DNA of 64,000 bases, from positions 1,440,001-1,504,000 of the forward strand of contig CAWIPH010000002.1 of the NCBI GenBank assembly GCA_963837955.1. Reading direction: 5' to 3'. Both the position numbers and the translations under genes were made by a program. Every line of letters starts with the position of its first letter. The stretch's first letter is position 1. The notes below the pieces were generated by a model. It ran no database searches. It was not told where the DNA came from and saw only the letters and a list, made by a program, of their open reading frames with translations. Of the stretch, positions 29,301-38,848 are shown piece by piece. This stretch comes from an uncultured Verrucomicrobiae bacterium (GTDB lineage Bacteria > Verrucomicrobiota > Verrucomicrobiia > Chthoniobacterales > JAFAMB01).

Positions 29301-29494
29301 CGCCGCGATTGCTTTCGAATGGGAACGGCGGGCACGGACAGTCGGTTCAGACGACGCACGCTGACCGAGTACGCGAAGCTTTGGGGAACATGTATATGGG
29401 AGTGAGTTGCTCCCATTGCGGCAGTACAAAAGTGATTCGGGCCGGAGCGTGCGGTGTGTGCACAGAATGCGGCACATCGCAGGGGTGCAGTTAA
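26375..29494 (+). CDS. nrdJ: Class II (adenosylcobalamin-dependent) ribonucleotide reductase with TSCPD domain and C-terminal Cys cluster
   Basis: FNSPVWFN, QASACFI, GGKTRRAAKM, NPCSEY, ACNLASLNL, APTGTI, ISKTVN, YRDGSK, C-terminal CG.SQGCS. Confidence 0.96.
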   Translation: MKSGVHSSDLKVRGRGTRQPREKGLKIERVFSRKGASPLDEINWERRTAEITDDSGKAIFRQEDVEVPENWSPLATKIAVSKYFYGDIANGNDPYRGGRESSVRQLIHRVTRTITDWGRQDGYFADANAAETFYDELTWLCVNQHGAFNSPVWFNVGLYQQYGIGKGCGQGNFFFNRQKQEAERAASQYEYPQASACFIQAVDDTMEDIMRLATSEAMLFKYGSGTGSDLSTLRSTREKLSGGGRPSGPLSFLKVYDQVANVVKSGGKTRRAAKMNTLKDWHPDIEEFIEAKTKEEKKAWALIEQGYDGSYNGEAYGSIMYQNENLSVRVSDEFMHAAIEEKEWWTHRVLDGKPCEKKEARSMLRKIAEGTHICGDPGMQFDSTIHRWHTCKGTARQNSTNPCSEYLFLDNTACNLASLNLMKFKREDGNFDVERFKAAVRIFITAQEILVDNASYPTKEIAENSHIFRTLGLGFANLGALVMSYGLGYDSDEARALAGSITSIMTGEAYSHSAKIAQELTPFPGYWDARACGIPKPISADNTESMLEVIRLHREACDRIQDSADFHHLKVEAARSWDRALSLGQKHGFRNAQVTVLAPTGTIGFLMDCDTTGIEPDIALVKYKLLAGGGMLKIVNQTVRPALEKLGYTAEATEKILQHINEHDTIEDVLVPETNRVVPSGLKPEHLPVFDCAFKPFKGKRSLHYLGHLRMMAACQPFLSGAISKTVNLPTDASVEEIMNTYIEGWRLGLKAIAIYRDGSKRSAPLNTKKTKDMGGDELDTSATDEAGRLKARIAELEQVVVGLHQPSRNRMPDTRVSLTHKFEIAGHEGYVTVGLYENGQPGELFIQMAKEGSTIGGLMDTVATLTSIALQYGVPLESLVKKFAYQRFEPSGFTKNPDIRNATSITDYVFRWLGCQFIPGYKEATSPNRSQPDLPMREISDIERKAVNRPVAELPRTAEKEIIDVITNRSNSEGTPRLLSNGNGGHGQSVQTTHADRVREALGNMYMGVSCSHCGSTKVIRAGACGVCTECGTSQGCS

Positions 29495-29522
29495 CCGAAT
29501 CTGCAGTTTGTTGGCGAGAGAC

Positions 29523-29563
29523 GCATCCTCTTGTTGCTTGTGACGGACAAGAGGATGCTTTTT
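29523..29563 (+). terminator. Rho-independent terminator of nrdJ
   Basis: GCATCCTCTTGT/ACAAGAGGATGC 12-bp stem followed by TTTTT. Confidence 0.8.
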
Positions 29564-29592
29564 CATGTCTGAATGAGTGCGCAGCTAGGATT

Positions 29593-29666
29593 CCGGGGTT
29601 GAAACCCCGGCCGGGGAGGGCGCACGTCCTCGTGCGCCGCGGATCGCGAGGACGCGATCCCTCCCC
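29593..29666. repeat. REP cluster: CCGGGGTTGAAACCCCGG hairpin plus family B inverted doublet
   Basis: GGGGAGGGCGCACGTCCTCGTGCGCC followed by the inverted GGATCGCGAGGACGCGATCCCTCCCC; near-identical copy at 46521. Confidence 0.8.
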
Positions 29667-29722
29667 GCCACCAGACTGTCTGATCTCATTGCCGTTGCTC
29701 GACAACGTGTTTCGTCCGACCA

Positions 29723-31099
29723 TCACGCATCGAGCGGCTTAGAGATGTTCTCGATCAAATGCGGAAACCTGCAATCCCGGCAATCATTCCGATTGGCCAG
29801 ACAAAAGTCCTCAAAGATTTGCAGAAGACCCTGTTGTTGAAATAAGAAACGCGTATACCCGCGGGCACGTTCGTGATCACCGAACAAACGTAAGCCAGCC
29901 AGTTCCAAATGTTTGTTACCTAGCTCCGCCCGCACTTGCTTAAACGATTCCCAGTCAGCCGCTTTAGAAAACGTCACTAGCGGAAGGAGAACGTTAGCGA
30001 GGATCTCTTTGACTCTGGCTTTGCCGAGCAAGGCTATTGGGACAGGAGTCGCGACCGAGTGGAGCGTGTAATGGAAATTCCAAAACGCATGGCTCAATCC
30101 TTCAAGCCAATGACAAACTTTCGTGAGATCATTGGATTGCTTTCTAAATTCCGACCAACGACTGGCCAGCACAGCTAAAGTACCAAGTCGCCGATGCGGG
30201 TGGTTGGCTGGACGACTACCGCTGAGTTTCCAGTGCTCGGCTGCTAGAAGAAGAGAATGCAGCTCGCTCCGCACCTTCCACCAACGGGTCCAGAGACCGG
30301 CGGCATAGTGACTGGGAGGAAGCAAGTTTTTGGATGGATCAGCCGATTCCAGAAATCCGGCTAACCCGAAAAGAACCGCCTCCGCCGATTCCGGATCGCG
30401 ACGAAGCCGTTGCAGAGTGACTCGTTGAGCCAAAATTAGAAACGGAACTTTATTCCATTTGTAGCCGAGGGCTATGGCCAGCGCTTGAAAGAGCGCCTCA
30501 TCAATCCCGTGAATGTGGACCGCTCGTCGCAACAATTGGCTCTTGTGTTCAAGCCGTACGCGGGCTGCGGTTTCCAGTATTTGATCGACCTCCCGATCGG
30601 TGAGCCGCGCCAACGGAGCGCAACAAGCGCCTCGCTTTGCCAAATTCACTTCGTCCTGAACGAGTGTCGAACGACAATCCCGCGTTAATTCCAGTTGAAG
30701 AACCTCGCGGTGCTCGATCGTGCGGGTAAAGCAAGAGACCCCGGAATGTCTTAGGAAAACATGAAGGATGACGTTTCGAAAGGCGCGATTTTCGCCGTGG
30801 CGATGTCGTTCCCAGTCGGCCGCCGAAAGATCGAGCTCGATATCTCCGGCCAAGGTCTGTGTCCCATTGACGCGAATAAGAGCGTGTACAAAATCGGGGC
30901 CAGCTTCCTTGTTCCAGAAGCCAAATTGGATGATCTCAACGGAAGAGCCATCGGTAGAACGAAAGGTCGAACCAAACGCACCGGAGTACCAGAGTGCCTG
31001 ATACTCGAGTTCCGACCAGGCGTGACTCCAGTCATTAGCCGGCTCTTCGACCAAGTCGGATTGGGAACGGAGCGTTTGATACATTGTTTCGAGAGTCAT
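29723..31099 (-). CDS. DUF2851 family protein
   Basis: GFWNKEAGPDF, GDIEL, W..H.H, VILHV, RPANHPHRRL, QQGLLQI...C..C..C. Confidence 0.88.
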   Translation of the reverse strand: MTLETMYQTLRSQSDLVEEPANDWSHAWSELEYQALWYSGAFGSTFRSTDGSSVEIIQFGFWNKEAGPDFVHALIRVNGTQTLAGDIELDLSAADWERHRHGENRAFRNVILHVFLRHSGVSCFTRTIEHREVLQLELTRDCRSTLVQDEVNLAKRGACCAPLARLTDREVDQILETAARVRLEHKSQLLRRAVHIHGIDEALFQALAIALGYKWNKVPFLILAQRVTLQRLRRDPESAEAVLFGLAGFLESADPSKNLLPPSHYAAGLWTRWWKVRSELHSLLLAAEHWKLSGSRPANHPHRRLGTLAVLASRWSEFRKQSNDLTKVCHWLEGLSHAFWNFHYTLHSVATPVPIALLGKARVKEILANVLLPLVTFSKAADWESFKQVRAELGNKHLELAGLRLFGDHERARGYTRFLFQQQGLLQIFEDFCLANRNDCRDCRFPHLIENISKPLDA

Positions 31100-31199
31100 A
31101 TATACATAAAAAAAAGATGTTATTATATGTCAAAGAATTGGTAAAGATATTTGATGAATCCCGTGGAAACGAGGCTTGGGCAGGCGCTTATCCCGGGCA

Positions 31200-31382
31200 C
31201 GGAGGGGCGTCGCTTGCGACGCCCGGGAACAACCCACGATACGACAATACCGGCGGATCTTTGGTCGCGATTCCTCGGTGAGCACTCGAATATTCCCTGG
31301 CGTTGCACGTGTCCCGACGAAGTCTCTTCTGATCGTAAAATAATCACCACAAACTGGCGAAGTCGGAAGCAACGCCCCTCCG
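31200..31382. repeat. REPIN-like element, family C (CGGAGGGGCGT...GACGCCCGGGAA arms with conserved spacer)
   Basis: Left arm 31200-31229, degenerate right arm ending GCAACGCCCCTCCG at 31382; arm and spacer are homologous to 46573-46702. Confidence 0.75.
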
Positions 31383-31467
31383 ACTCATCGGTTTTCCCGA
31401 CCACAAGCCGCTTGCCTTTCGCTGCGTCCCTGCCGGGACCGAACCGCGGTTCATGACATCCTTAGCT

Positions 31468-33039
31468 CTACTGAAATTTATAAAACTTGAAAATGTCGTG
31501 AGCGGCAGGCTCCGGAAATTCAGACTCTTCCTTTTCGATCAAGGACAGCATCTCCTGTTTCCGGTCCAACTTGAGGAGTAGAGCCAGCTCGTCGATCAGC
31601 GCACGAAATTTGTCCGTGTGGGCGCGGGTCTCCTGACGGGCCCGGGAAAAGCAGTTCAACGCGAGGTCTGCTTGATTTTTCTGCTCGGCTACCACGCCAG
31701 CAAATTCAAAGAAAAGTGGGTTCGTTGCTCCTTGTTGGAGCAAGTCTTGGCTGAGTTGGTCCGGATTCCCCCTGTCTCGATTGCAGAGCTCTTTGAACTT
31801 GGCAAAGACGTTGGTATCCGAGGCAGACGCTGGGTCGGAGTCGCCGAATGGGCGATAGAGAGGGTCTCCTACACAGGTGGTCATCCAGGAAATCGGTAGG
31901 AGCGAAGCATAGGCGCTTTCGGCGAATGTCATCCCCCGCAATAAACGGTCATGAAAGATGTCGAGGGTCGGCGTCAGCGAAAGGTATGGCTCGTAGACGT
32001 TCCCCAGGGTTGCAGTGGCCCCGTGATGAATCAATGGGCCAACCCAGTAATGATCGACGGTCCGAATGGAGGTCGCGCTGAACGAGTGAAGATGTACGGC
32101 AATAGCGCCGGGTAAAAAGCGAAAACTGGGATCAGCGACAACGCCGCTTGGTTGGTCCGAATACCAACCGAAATAGAGAATAGCGTTGGTCATTGGGTAA
32201 CCGCTGGGGAAGAGTGCTTCAAACCGGTCGAGTATAACCGGACGGCCATGGGCTATGCTTTGATCCGCGATGTGAAACAGCCAATCGTCGGCAAGTTTGT
32301 ATGCAGGATCGGTAATGCCGCGTGCGTCGACATAGGTCCAGCCCCAAAGACCCCTCTTTTCCGACGCAATCGCATCATCGATCATCCTGCGAACCTCATC
32401 CGTGGAAGGACCGTCGAGTCTTGTGACTAGAAGCAATCGAGGATCAGAATCGGCCGCGGTAATCGGTTCCGAGCTCTGAAAATAGGGGTTTTGTAGCGGA
32501 CCAGAAATTTGCCGGGAAAAGAAACCGAGAGCTGCTAATTCGGAATCGACGGCAGCCTCGTTGGACATCCCATATGGTTTGGTTGGATCAGGGCGATCCC
32601 CGGTATAGGAGGCTTTGAACTTGATCTTCAAAGGAATGCCGCGGATCAAGGCTACAAATCTGATCCGATTCGCTGTGACTCGAGTTTGCAGATCGGCGCC
32701 AGTAATCGAATCCCACCATCGGTCATGGGAAAAGCGGTCACGTAACGGTTCGGCAATCGTCGTGTCGTACTCGTCTCTTTCGATTTCTTCGTCGACCGGA
32801 CAAGAAAGAGCGACGACCCGTTCCGGAGGAATCTTGCGACGCGCGGCGTAATATTCGGCGAGCGCCTTACTCTCTGGATATTTGGAATTGTAAACAACGA
32901 TTGTCGCAAGCGTAGCCGAATCCGTAGGCGACGATGATGGAGAGCCTGCCCAGCAATTCAGAGATGCCACCAAGCTGAGAGCGAGCGAAATGGTGACCTC
33001 GTGTCGTGGACAGATTCGGGAGAATGCACGCGCCGTCAT
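31468..33039 (-). CDS. TIGR03790 family exported protein
   Basis: VVYN...S..LAEYYA..R.IP, AAVDSEL, LVTRLDGP, YFGWY, GAIAVHLHSFSA, GNVYEPYL, GDPLYRPF. Confidence 0.85.
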   Translation of the reverse strand: MTARAFSRICPRHEVTISLALSLVASLNCWAGSPSSSPTDSATLATIVVYNSKYPESKALAEYYAARRKIPPERVVALSCPVDEEIERDEYDTTIAEPLRDRFSHDRWWDSITGADLQTRVTANRIRFVALIRGIPLKIKFKASYTGDRPDPTKPYGMSNEAAVDSELAALGFFSRQISGPLQNPYFQSSEPITAADSDPRLLLVTRLDGPSTDEVRRMIDDAIASEKRGLWGWTYVDARGITDPAYKLADDWLFHIADQSIAHGRPVILDRFEALFPSGYPMTNAILYFGWYSDQPSGVVADPSFRFLPGAIAVHLHSFSATSIRTVDHYWVGPLIHHGATATLGNVYEPYLSLTPTLDIFHDRLLRGMTFAESAYASLLPISWMTTCVGDPLYRPFGDSDPASASDTNVFAKFKELCNRDRGNPDQLSQDLLQQGATNPLFFEFAGVVAEQKNQADLALNCFSRARQETRAHTDKFRALIDELALLLKLDRKQEMLSLIEKEESEFPEPAAHDIFKFYKFQ

Positions 33040-33812
33040 ATCCTGAGTTCAAGGCCGTCGTATGCCAGGGAGCAATCAGGTGGCAAAATTTTCTCGATTT
33101 CCCCGTGAAGAAATTCGTGGCTTAAATGAGTAAAAATTGTGTGCCTCGGCAAGATCTTTGCGGAGAGAGCAATACCTTCTTGAAGGGTGAGATGAGCAAA
33201 GCGAGAAGTCGTCGTTGGCGTACCGAGCACCAATGTGTCCACGCCTTGCAGCAAGCCGATCCCTTCATCGGGAACAATCTTGCAATCGCTGATGTAGGCA
33301 AAAACGGATCGGTTGGCTGAGCGGACGAGAAAACCGAATGTGTGAATATTCCCGTGTTGGACCGGTATGGGAACGATTTCGTTCTGGCCGAGCCAAAAAG
33401 AGCCGTCGATTACGTGAGTCTCCGGCTGAATGTACCCAGGGAATTTCGCTTCCCCGCTGAAAGCATATCTAAACATACGCTCCAGGTGCTCGAGAGTTTG
33501 TTCTGAAGCGAATATCGGCATGCGGTCCTCGTTCGCCGAGCTGTATCGTCGAAGATCGTCAAACCCCACCACATGGTCCGCATGGGCATGGGTGTAAATA
33601 ACGGCATCTATTTCTTTGATTCCGGCTCGAAGAGCCTGCAGACGAAATTCCGCCCCCGTGTCAATCACCCAACTTGCACTGGGAGTTTGCAAATAGACCG
33701 AAGAACGCCAGCGCTGGTCGCGAGGATCAGACGAACGGCAAACGCGACAATCGCAGAGGATCACCGGTACCCCCATTGACGTTCCTGTTCCCAGAAAAGT
33801 GACCGCGAGCAT
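33036..33812 (-). CDS. MBL-fold metallo-hydrolase (PhnP-like phosphodiesterase)
   Basis: LGTGTSMGVP..C.C..C.S, THAHADH, YISD, THLSH. Confidence 0.9.
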   Translation of the reverse strand: MLAVTFLGTGTSMGVPVILCDCRVCRSSDPRDQRWRSSVYLQTPSASWVIDTGAEFRLQALRAGIKEIDAVIYTHAHADHVVGFDDLRRYSSANEDRMPIFASEQTLEHLERMFRYAFSGEAKFPGYIQPETHVIDGSFWLGQNEIVPIPVQHGNIHTFGFLVRSANRSVFAYISDCKIVPDEGIGLLQGVDTLVLGTPTTTSRFAHLTLQEGIALSAKILPRHTIFTHLSHEFLHGEIEKILPPDCSLAYDGLELRI

Positions 33813-33852
33813 TTATTGAAAAAAGGCCGCGCCACCTTTACATAAGCTCTTT

Positions 33853-35511
33853 GTGCCCGCAACGCTGCGCTCGCTTCGCATCCGCAATCTTGCCTTGGTC
33901 GAGTTCCTGGATTGGGAGCTAGAACCAGGATTCACGGTTGTCACCGGAGAGACCGGTGCCGGCAAGTCGATTATACTCGGTGCACTGAAACTGGTCCTGG
34001 GAGAACGGGCAGATAAGAGCCTGATTCGGACCGGTGCGGAGCAGTGCTCGGTTGAAGCCCTTTTTGAGGTCGCGGACGTAGCCCGGATTAACGCAGTCCT
34101 ATCTGAGCAAGGCGTCGACCCCTGCGAGGGCGAACAACTACTATTGCGCCGGGTGTTGGCTGTGAACGGTACGAATCGACAGTTCATCAATGGGTGCCAG
34201 ACCACTTTAAGTGTCCTGAAGGAAGTCGGAGATGGGTTGGTCGATCTGCATGGACCACACGATCATCAGTCGCTGCTTGCGCGCGAATACCAGCTACGAT
34301 TGGTTGATGCGTTCGGCGGGAGTGAAGCGATTTATCACTCCTTTCGGGAAGTATTCGAAAAACTCCGAGCCTTCCAAGGTGAATTGGAACAATTGGAGTC
34401 GGAGAATGCCGCCGGGAACCTGGAGTTATGGCAACACCAGGTGTCGGAGATCCGTGACGCTGAGATTCAAGTGGGTGAGTTGGAAACGTTGGAAGCCAAG
34501 TATGCGCTAGCCAGCAACGCGCATCGAATTCTGGAGCTGACGGCCGTGAGTTTGCTGCAGCTCGCGGACGCCGAAGACTCAATCCTGACCCGACTCGGAG
34601 ACATCGCCCGAACGCTGCGGGAATTGGAAAAGCTCGATCCGGGCACCGCCGAATTGGCGCATAACCACGAGAGTGGTACGTTAGAACTGGAGGAATTGGA
34701 ACGAGGCCTGCGGCACTATCAGGAGAAGATCGACGTAGATCCGGGAACTCTTCGGCAGCTGGAAGAACGATTGAATTTGCTGGAGTCGTTGCGCCGGAAG
34801 TACCACCGCAACGAAGAGGAGTTGTTAACTTTGGCGACTGACCTCGAGGAAAGGTTGAGCCAGATCGACGGACGAGAAGCAGCGTTGGAGAAATTGCGGG
34901 CCCAAGTGGAAACAACTTCCCGGAAAATGCACGAGATCGGAAAGAATCTCGCTTCTTCCCGGCGAGTGGCTGGAAAGAAATTAACTGAACAGATCAGAGT
35001 TCACTTGGCGGATCTCGGCTTTCAACAAGCGAGGTTTGATCTGGAGTGGGAGGCTCTGACGGAGCCGATCAGCAGCGGGTTCGATCAGATTGAGTTTCTT
35101 TTTTCTCCGAATCCGGGCGAGCCGCATAAACCGCTTAGAGCGATCGCTTCCAGCGGGGAAATCTCACGTGTTATGTTGGCGATGAAGACCGCACTAGCCC
35201 AACAAGATCTGATCGGACTACTCGTCTTTGATGAGATCGACGCCAACGTCGGCGGTGAGATCGCCCATGCGGTCGGTCGAAAAATGCAGACCCTGGGTCA
35301 GAACCACCAGGTACTCGCCATCACTCACATGCCACAGGTGGCGGCTGCGGCTCGTAAGCATTTTTTTGTTAGCAAAGAAGTGAGTGAAGGACGGACCAGA
35401 ACCGCTCTGCAGGAAGTGGGTGGTGATGATCGTTTGGAGGAAATTGCGCGAATGCTCGGGGGCAAATCGCAATCAGCACTCGAACATGCTCGTACTCTTC
35501 TGGCAGGATGA
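33853..35511 (+). CDS. recN: DNA repair protein RecN
   Basis: TGETGAGKS, ASSGEISR, VFDEID, ITHMPQVAA, EIARMLGG. Confidence 0.96.
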   Translation: MPATLRSLRIRNLALVEFLDWELEPGFTVVTGETGAGKSIILGALKLVLGERADKSLIRTGAEQCSVEALFEVADVARINAVLSEQGVDPCEGEQLLLRRVLAVNGTNRQFINGCQTTLSVLKEVGDGLVDLHGPHDHQSLLAREYQLRLVDAFGGSEAIYHSFREVFEKLRAFQGELEQLESENAAGNLELWQHQVSEIRDAEIQVGELETLEAKYALASNAHRILELTAVSLLQLADAEDSILTRLGDIARTLRELEKLDPGTAELAHNHESGTLELEELERGLRHYQEKIDVDPGTLRQLEERLNLLESLRRKYHRNEEELLTLATDLEERLSQIDGREAALEKLRAQVETTSRKMHEIGKNLASSRRVAGKKLTEQIRVHLADLGFQQARFDLEWEALTEPISSGFDQIEFLFSPNPGEPHKPLRAIASSGEISRVMLAMKTALAQQDLIGLLVFDEIDANVGGEIAHAVGRKMQTLGQNHQVLAITHMPQVAAAARKHFFVSKEVSEGRTRTALQEVGGDDRLEEIARMLGGKSQSALEHARTLLAG

Positions 35512-35638
35512 TCGGCCCATTTGGAAACCTCAAATTGGAGTGTAGTAGATAGATTTCGGCTGCTAGTGCAGATTGTTGGGTTTATTGCACGATTTTGCTG
35601 GACGAACAGATGCCAGTTAGCTCGTAAAGATCTGGTGT

Positions 35639-36550
35639 ATGCAGGAGACTGTCATTTTGGCAGGCGGAAACGGATTTCTTGGTCAGAATTTAGCGCGGTT
35701 TCTGATCCACGAAGGTTACTCGGTCGTCATCCTGAGCAGAACGCCCCAATCCGGAAAGGCGGTCCGTTCAATCGAATGGGACGGGAAAACACTCGGGAGT
35801 TGGATGAGATTCGTGAGCGGTGCGAAGGCGGTAGTGAACCTGGCAGGCCGGAGTGTCAATTGCCTGCATAACGAAAAGAATCGTCGCGAAATTCTCTATT
35901 CCCGATTGGATTCTGTTCGGGTTTTGGGCGAGGCGATCCGTTCTGTGGAACGGCCGCCGCGGGCGTTCATCCAAGCGACGTCGCTGGCCATATATGGAAA
36001 CAGTGGGGAACGAATAAATGACGAGTACGCGCCTGCCGGCGGTGACTTTTCCGTGGAGGTTTGCCAACTTTGGGAGGAATTAGTCCACGAACTCGACTTA
36101 TCGAACACCCGAAGAATCATCATGCGAATAGGATTCGTACTCGGTCGCGGTGGCGGCGCGTTAACTCCGCTCGTGCAGCTTGCGAAGTCTTATCTAGGTG
36201 GAACGATTGGCAGCGGGAAACAATATATCAGTTGGATTCACGTTGATGACTGGAACGAGATGATCCGCTGGTCGATCGAGAGGTCGGACGTCCAAGGCCT
36301 ATACAACGCCACGAGTCCGAATCCGGTTACCAATCGCCAATTTATGCGCGAGCTCCGAATCGCGCTTGGCCGTCCTTGGTCTCCGCCAACGCCCGCATTC
36401 GCAGTCAAAATAGGGGCGAACCTCTTTATGCGAACCGAACCAAGTCTTGCGCTGACCGGCCGGCGCTGCATACCGAGACGATTTCTGCAGCAAGGATTTC
36501 ATTTTCGGTATCCGGATCTCGCGCCAGCCCTCCGAGATGTTCTGGGATAG
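35639..36550 (+). CDS. TIGR01777 family NAD-dependent epimerase/oxidoreductase (YfcH-like)
   Basis: AGGNGFLG, VVNLAG, GSGKQYISWIHVDD, NATSPNPV. Confidence 0.9.
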   Translation: MQETVILAGGNGFLGQNLARFLIHEGYSVVILSRTPQSGKAVRSIEWDGKTLGSWMRFVSGAKAVVNLAGRSVNCLHNEKNRREILYSRLDSVRVLGEAIRSVERPPRAFIQATSLAIYGNSGERINDEYAPAGGDFSVEVCQLWEELVHELDLSNTRRIIMRIGFVLGRGGGALTPLVQLAKSYLGGTIGSGKQYISWIHVDDWNEMIRWSIERSDVQGLYNATSPNPVTNRQFMRELRIALGRPWSPPTPAFAVKIGANLFMRTEPSLALTGRRCIPRRFLQQGFHFRYPDLAPALRDVLG

Positions 36551-36750
36551 CAGAGTCAATATTCGCGATTTCTGATTGTATCGATCCGATCCTCCGTCAC
36601 GCGGCCAGATGTCCTAGATGCCCTCCTCTAGTGCCGGAATGGAAATAAGGTTTGTCCAATCTTCCCGTTCTAGCTGAGCCTCAAAGGAACGCGGATCGTC
36701 TACGAAGCCCGCGAATGGCCGTCGTCCCTTGGTATGGCTCAGCATTTCGC

Positions 36751-37827
36751 TCAGCCCATGATCCATCGCCAATACAGTGCGAGAAGCTCTGGTCCGGCCT
36801 GCGTCCAAATCACGGCTGCCAGAGACAAAAATGGGCCAAACGGAATCCGTGATGATAACCCGCGGCGCCCGAGCAATATGACGACAATGCCCCAAAGGCA
36901 CCCGAGAAGTGCGGCGATCGGGACGCAAAGCAATACACCTTTCCAACCGGTAAAACTACCAATCGCCGCGAGCAGTTTGACGTCGCCTCGCCCCATGGCC
37001 TCACGTGGGAATTGGGCATAGGAGGTGGTACCAGTTAGCTGCCTGATTTCTGAAAAAGGCATGGAGCGCTTTCCGCATTCAAGACGATCGGCAAAGAGCG
37101 AGATCTCGACCTGGCTCAGAGCTTCGCCGTTTAACTCTGCCGTGTTCGCCCGCAACCGTATCTGATCAGATCGACGAAAGAAATGTTCGTCCCAGGCAAA
37201 CGGTTCATCTCCGATAAATAGACATGGATCCCGGTCTGGTTGGTCTTCCAAACGGAACGCAGCCGGTTGGTTCCAGGTTAGCTTGTAGTGGCCGAAAGCC
37301 AGCTTTCCTGCTTCCCCGATGACAAAGAGGATGGCAGCACCGATGAATGCTCCGGCTGCAGAGCTGCCCAGACTGATCCATGATGACTTGGTTCCGTGTA
37401 ACGCTGGAACTAGCGCGCTGGATAGTAACCCCAGTACGACGCAGCCGAGTGAGATTGAATCGGGAATCAGAAAGAATTCGAGATCGATAAAGGTCGCCGC
37501 CACCAACGCCGCATACAAAAACCAGATTGGAATTGCCACCGGAAAACCGAATCGATAAGTCGCGGCGACGAACAGCAACGCGGTCAGTAACTCAATGAGT
37601 GGATATCGCCAGGAGACCGTCTGCTTACAGACGGCGCAATGCCCCCTCAACAGAAACCAGCTAAGCAGCGGGATATTATCAATCCAACGAATCGGCGACT
37701 GGCAATTCGGGCAAAACGATCTCGCGGGATTCCAAAGAGAGATATCGCGTGGGATCCGGTAAATGCAGCACCCAAGAAAAGATCCAACAATGAGGCCAAA
37801 GAGAGCGCTCAGAAACAGGTAGGCCAT
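36751..37827 (-). CDS. pilD: Prepilin peptidase / N-methyltransferase
   Basis: GSFL...IYRIP, CPNC and CAVC, FID, MGRGDVKL, IPFGPFL. Confidence 0.92.
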   Translation of the reverse strand: MAYLFLSALFGLIVGSFLGCCIYRIPRDISLWNPARSFCPNCQSPIRWIDNIPLLSWFLLRGHCAVCKQTVSWRYPLIELLTALLFVAATYRFGFPVAIPIWFLYAALVAATFIDLEFFLIPDSISLGCVVLGLLSSALVPALHGTKSSWISLGSSAAGAFIGAAILFVIGEAGKLAFGHYKLTWNQPAAFRLEDQPDRDPCLFIGDEPFAWDEHFFRRSDQIRLRANTAELNGEALSQVEISLFADRLECGKRSMPFSEIRQLTGTTSYAQFPREAMGRGDVKLLAAIGSFTGWKGVLLCVPIAALLGCLWGIVVILLGRRGLSSRIPFGPFLSLAAVIWTQAGPELLALYWRWIMG

Positions 37828-37845
37828 CGCGCACCAGAGGAGCCT

Positions 37846-38430
37846 TCAAACGGCTCGGGCGTTGGTCGCTTGCGACAGCGCGGGTTCGACGAGTTCACAG
37901 AGTAGATGGATAATCACTTTGTGGGCTTCTTGAATACGGGCAGTTTCCGAATGAGGCACGATCAGCTCAATGGGGGCGATTCCGCGACAGCGACCTCCAT
38001 CTCGGCCAAGGATCGCAACGGCATGAAGGTCGAGCGCTCTTGCCTGCTCCAGGGCCCGACGGATGTTCTCGGATTGGCCGCTGGTGGAGAACGCAATCAA
38101 GAGGTCTCCTGGCGTGCCAAAAGCGATCACTTGGCGGGAAAAGATTTCAGCGAACGAATAATCGTTGCCGGTCGCAGTTAGTAACCCTCCATCGGCAGAT
38201 AAACTAATCGCGGGGAATGGACGACGGTCACCGATGAATCGACAGGCAATTTCAGTGGCTAAATGAGAACTATCCGTCGCGCTGCCACCGTTGCCACAAG
38301 TTAAAAGTTTCTTACCACCCAAAAGAGTCTGTTCGATTAGCTGGGCCGCCGATCGAATCGGCGCTTCGAGATCAAATAATAATTCAATGGCCGCAACAGC
38401 GTCCTGGATACTCTCGCGCACAGAAATCAC
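37846..38430 (-). CDS. gmhA: Phosphoheptose isomerase (SIS domain)
   Basis: CGNGGSA, GNDYSF, FSTSGQS, ARIQEAH; GTG at 38430 chosen as start. Confidence 0.9.
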   Translation of the reverse strand: MISVRESIQDAVAAIELLFDLEAPIRSAAQLIEQTLLGGKKLLTCGNGGSATDSSHLATEIACRFIGDRRPFPAISLSADGGLLTATGNDYSFAEIFSRQVIAFGTPGDLLIAFSTSGQSENIRRALEQARALDLHAVAILGRDGGRCRGIAPIELIVPHSETARIQEAHKVIIHLLCELVEPALSQATNARAV

Positions 38431-38507
38431 TTCGGGAAGCCTCTCGTGGCGAAGGAGTGATTTCAAGCTGGAAAACGCTTTGTTCGCAACCAATACTGCT
38501 TCCAATC

Positions 38508-38831
38508 ATGCGATACTTCGCCTTATTTGTTGGGCTGCTAGTCTTGGTAGGATGCGAATCGAGCAGTCAGTCTTCTGCGCCCGGAAGGATTACGAAAGAA
38601 CGCGCAATTGCCATCGCCATGGACGCGAACAAGCAGTATCCCGTTCCATTTTCAAAAGTGACGCGGGCTGCCTGGCGAGCGGAAGGTTACCCTAGTGGGT
38701 ACTACGCCATCGACTTCAAGGATGAAGATGAAGAATTCGGCAAGTTTTACCTCGTAGACGGCCAAGGCCACATCGTCGGTCAGGGACGAATCGCCAATGA
38801 CCACTACTATCCAGCAGGCGAGGTGCGCTAG
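38508..38831 (+). CDS. Small lipoprotein, PepSY-like
   Basis: Lipobox LVGC after MRYFALFVGLL; ITKERAIAIA and FYLVDG motifs. Confidence 0.7.
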   Translation: MRYFALFVGLLVLVGCESSSQSSAPGRITKERAIAIAMDANKQYPVPFSKVTRAAWRAEGYPSGYYAIDFKDEDEEFGKFYLVDGQGHIVGQGRIANDHYYPAGEVR

Positions 38832-38848
38832 AGGTCTGACCCCCGATC

